Source: a candidate division FCPU426 bacterium
GTDB taxonomy: Bacteria; Oederibacteriota; Muellerivitia; Muellerivitales; Muellerivitaceae
Reading direction: 5' to 3'
Assembly: GCA_963771075.1 (NCBI GenBank)
Contig: CAVYSE010000025.1
Span: 74,904-138,903, forward strand
DNA: 64,000 nt
Part shown: one piece after another, positions 62,908 through 64,000 of the stretch
Position numbering within the stretch: the first letter of the stretch is position 1
Layout of the letters: each line of letters starts with the position of its first letter
Made by a program: the position numbers and the translations under genes
Notes under the pieces: generated by a model
The model's database searches: none
The model's input: the letters and a program-made list of their open reading frames with translations, nothing else
Told to the model about the DNA's origin: nothing

Positions 62908-64000
62908 TCAAAACAGTGAAACCTGTTTTGAATCTGGCATATCTTTCAGACATCCATGTCCCTTCAATATTTCCAATACGTTTTTATTCACTCCACAGCG
63001 CTCTTGGATTTCCTCAACGGAGCTAAAGGGCATCTTGGCCCGTTCTTCCAATATGGACTCAGCCGCGGTTTCACCCAGGCCCGGAAGGCTGATCAAGGGA
63101 GGCCGCAACATTTTTTCCCCCTGGCTTTCATGAATCAGAAATTGGCGCGCGTCCGAATTGTATAGATCGACCGGTAAAAACCGGAATCCCCGCGCGTAAG
63201 TTTCCTCAACCACTTCCAACACCGAAGCCTCGTCCAATTCTTTGGCCGTGGGTTTCTCAATGGATCGGATCAATTTAATACGGTCCCGCACTCGGCCCAT
63301 GCCGTCGCAGGCCACGGTCGCGTCAAAACCAAAGGCTTTGTTCGTGAAATAGTCGGCGTAAAAGGCCAGGGGTTCGTGCGCCTTATACCACGCGATGCGG
63401 AAACTCATGATGCAGTAAGCCACCGCGTGGGCCTTGGGGAAGATGTATTTGATCTTCTTGCAGCTGTCGATGTACCAATGGGGCGCCTTGACGGTGTTCA
63501 TGATCTGTTCATATTCGGGTTTGAGTCCCTTACCCTTACGGACATCTTCCATGACTTTGAAGGCTACGGCCGAGTCCATACCCTTGGCCATCAGGTCGTT
63601 CAACATGTCGTCCCGGGTGGAAATGACTGTAGATAGGGTCGCCGTTCCCTTTTTTATCAGGTCTTGCGCGTTGCCCAGCCAGACATCCGTCCCATGGGCC
63701 AGGCCCGAAAGGCGGACCAGGTGCTCAAAGCGCGTTGGCCTTGTGTCGCGCAACATGTCCATGGCGAAGCCGGTACCGAATTCAGGCACTCCCAAGGTGC
63801 CCAGGTCTTTATCGATCTTTTCCTTAAGCCCAAGGGCGTTGATCCCGGAAAAAAGGCTCATGGTCTTTTCATCATTCAACGGAATTCCCAGGGCGGGAAT
63901 GCCGGTCATGGCCTCCAACCTTTTCAAGCTGGTCGGGTTGTCATGTCCCAATATATCGAGCTTTACCAGGCAGTCATGCATGCTCCGGAAGTCGAAATGA
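62908..64000 (-). CDS. polC: PolC-type DNA polymerase III alpha subunit (C-terminal part)
   Basis: HDCLVKLDILGHDNPT, GTLGVPEFGT, SGLAHGTDVWLGNA, YIFPKAHAVAY, C-terminal QVSLF clamp-binding motif. Confidence 0.95.
   Translation of the reverse strand, partial: HFDFRSMHDCLVKLDILGHDNPTSLKRLEAMTGIPALGIPLNDEKTMSLFSGINALGLKEKIDKDLGTLGVPEFGTGFAMDMLRDTRPTRFEHLVRLSGLAHGTDVWLGNAQDLIKKGTATLSTVISTRDDMLNDLMAKGMDSAVAFKVMEDVRKGKGLKPEYEQIMNTVKAPHWYIDSCKKIKYIFPKAHAVAYCIMSFRIAWYKAHEPLAFYADYFTNKAFGFDATVACDGMGRVRDRIKLIRSIEKPTAKELDEASVLEVVEETYARGFRFLPVDLYNSDARQFLIHESQGEKMLRPPLISLPGLGETAAESILEERAKMPFSSVEEIQERCGVNKNVLEILKGHGCLKDMPDSKQVSLF

Overview
A 64-kb, mostly minus-strand, housekeeping-rich chromosomal segment from a moderately GC-rich bacterium that is probably diderm (beta-barrel-like protein ending in Phe, TPR-ispE-tRNA-Gln synteny) yet carries a PolC-type DNA polymerase III. 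It contains polC-rimP-nusA-infB-DUF503-rbfA-nrnA-truB-ribF-(two inserted envelope genes)-rpsO-pnp, a complete F1Fo ATP synthase operon, AmmeMemoRadiSam A/B, acpS, nnr, a glycosylation cluster, parAB, polA, a MarR-EmrAB efflux locus and tRNA-Gln(TTG). No CRISPR array, transposase or phage gene was seen. The best candidate for an undescribed system is at 46.75-49.3 kb: a membrane protein plus a Zn-ribbon/TPR sigma54 activator, followed by tandem TGT-N11-ACA sites, an IHF-like site and a -24/-12 promoter that would drive a ~90-nt terminated non-coding RNA carrying an anti-Shine-Dalgarno sequence (CUCACCUCCU). Also notable are a tRNA-linked 169-bp repeat, a family of four intergenic palindromes built from 8-bp units, and other REP/MITE-like elements. 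At least six genes carry small indels, probably sequencing errors. All calls come from reading motifs by eye; no database searches were run.
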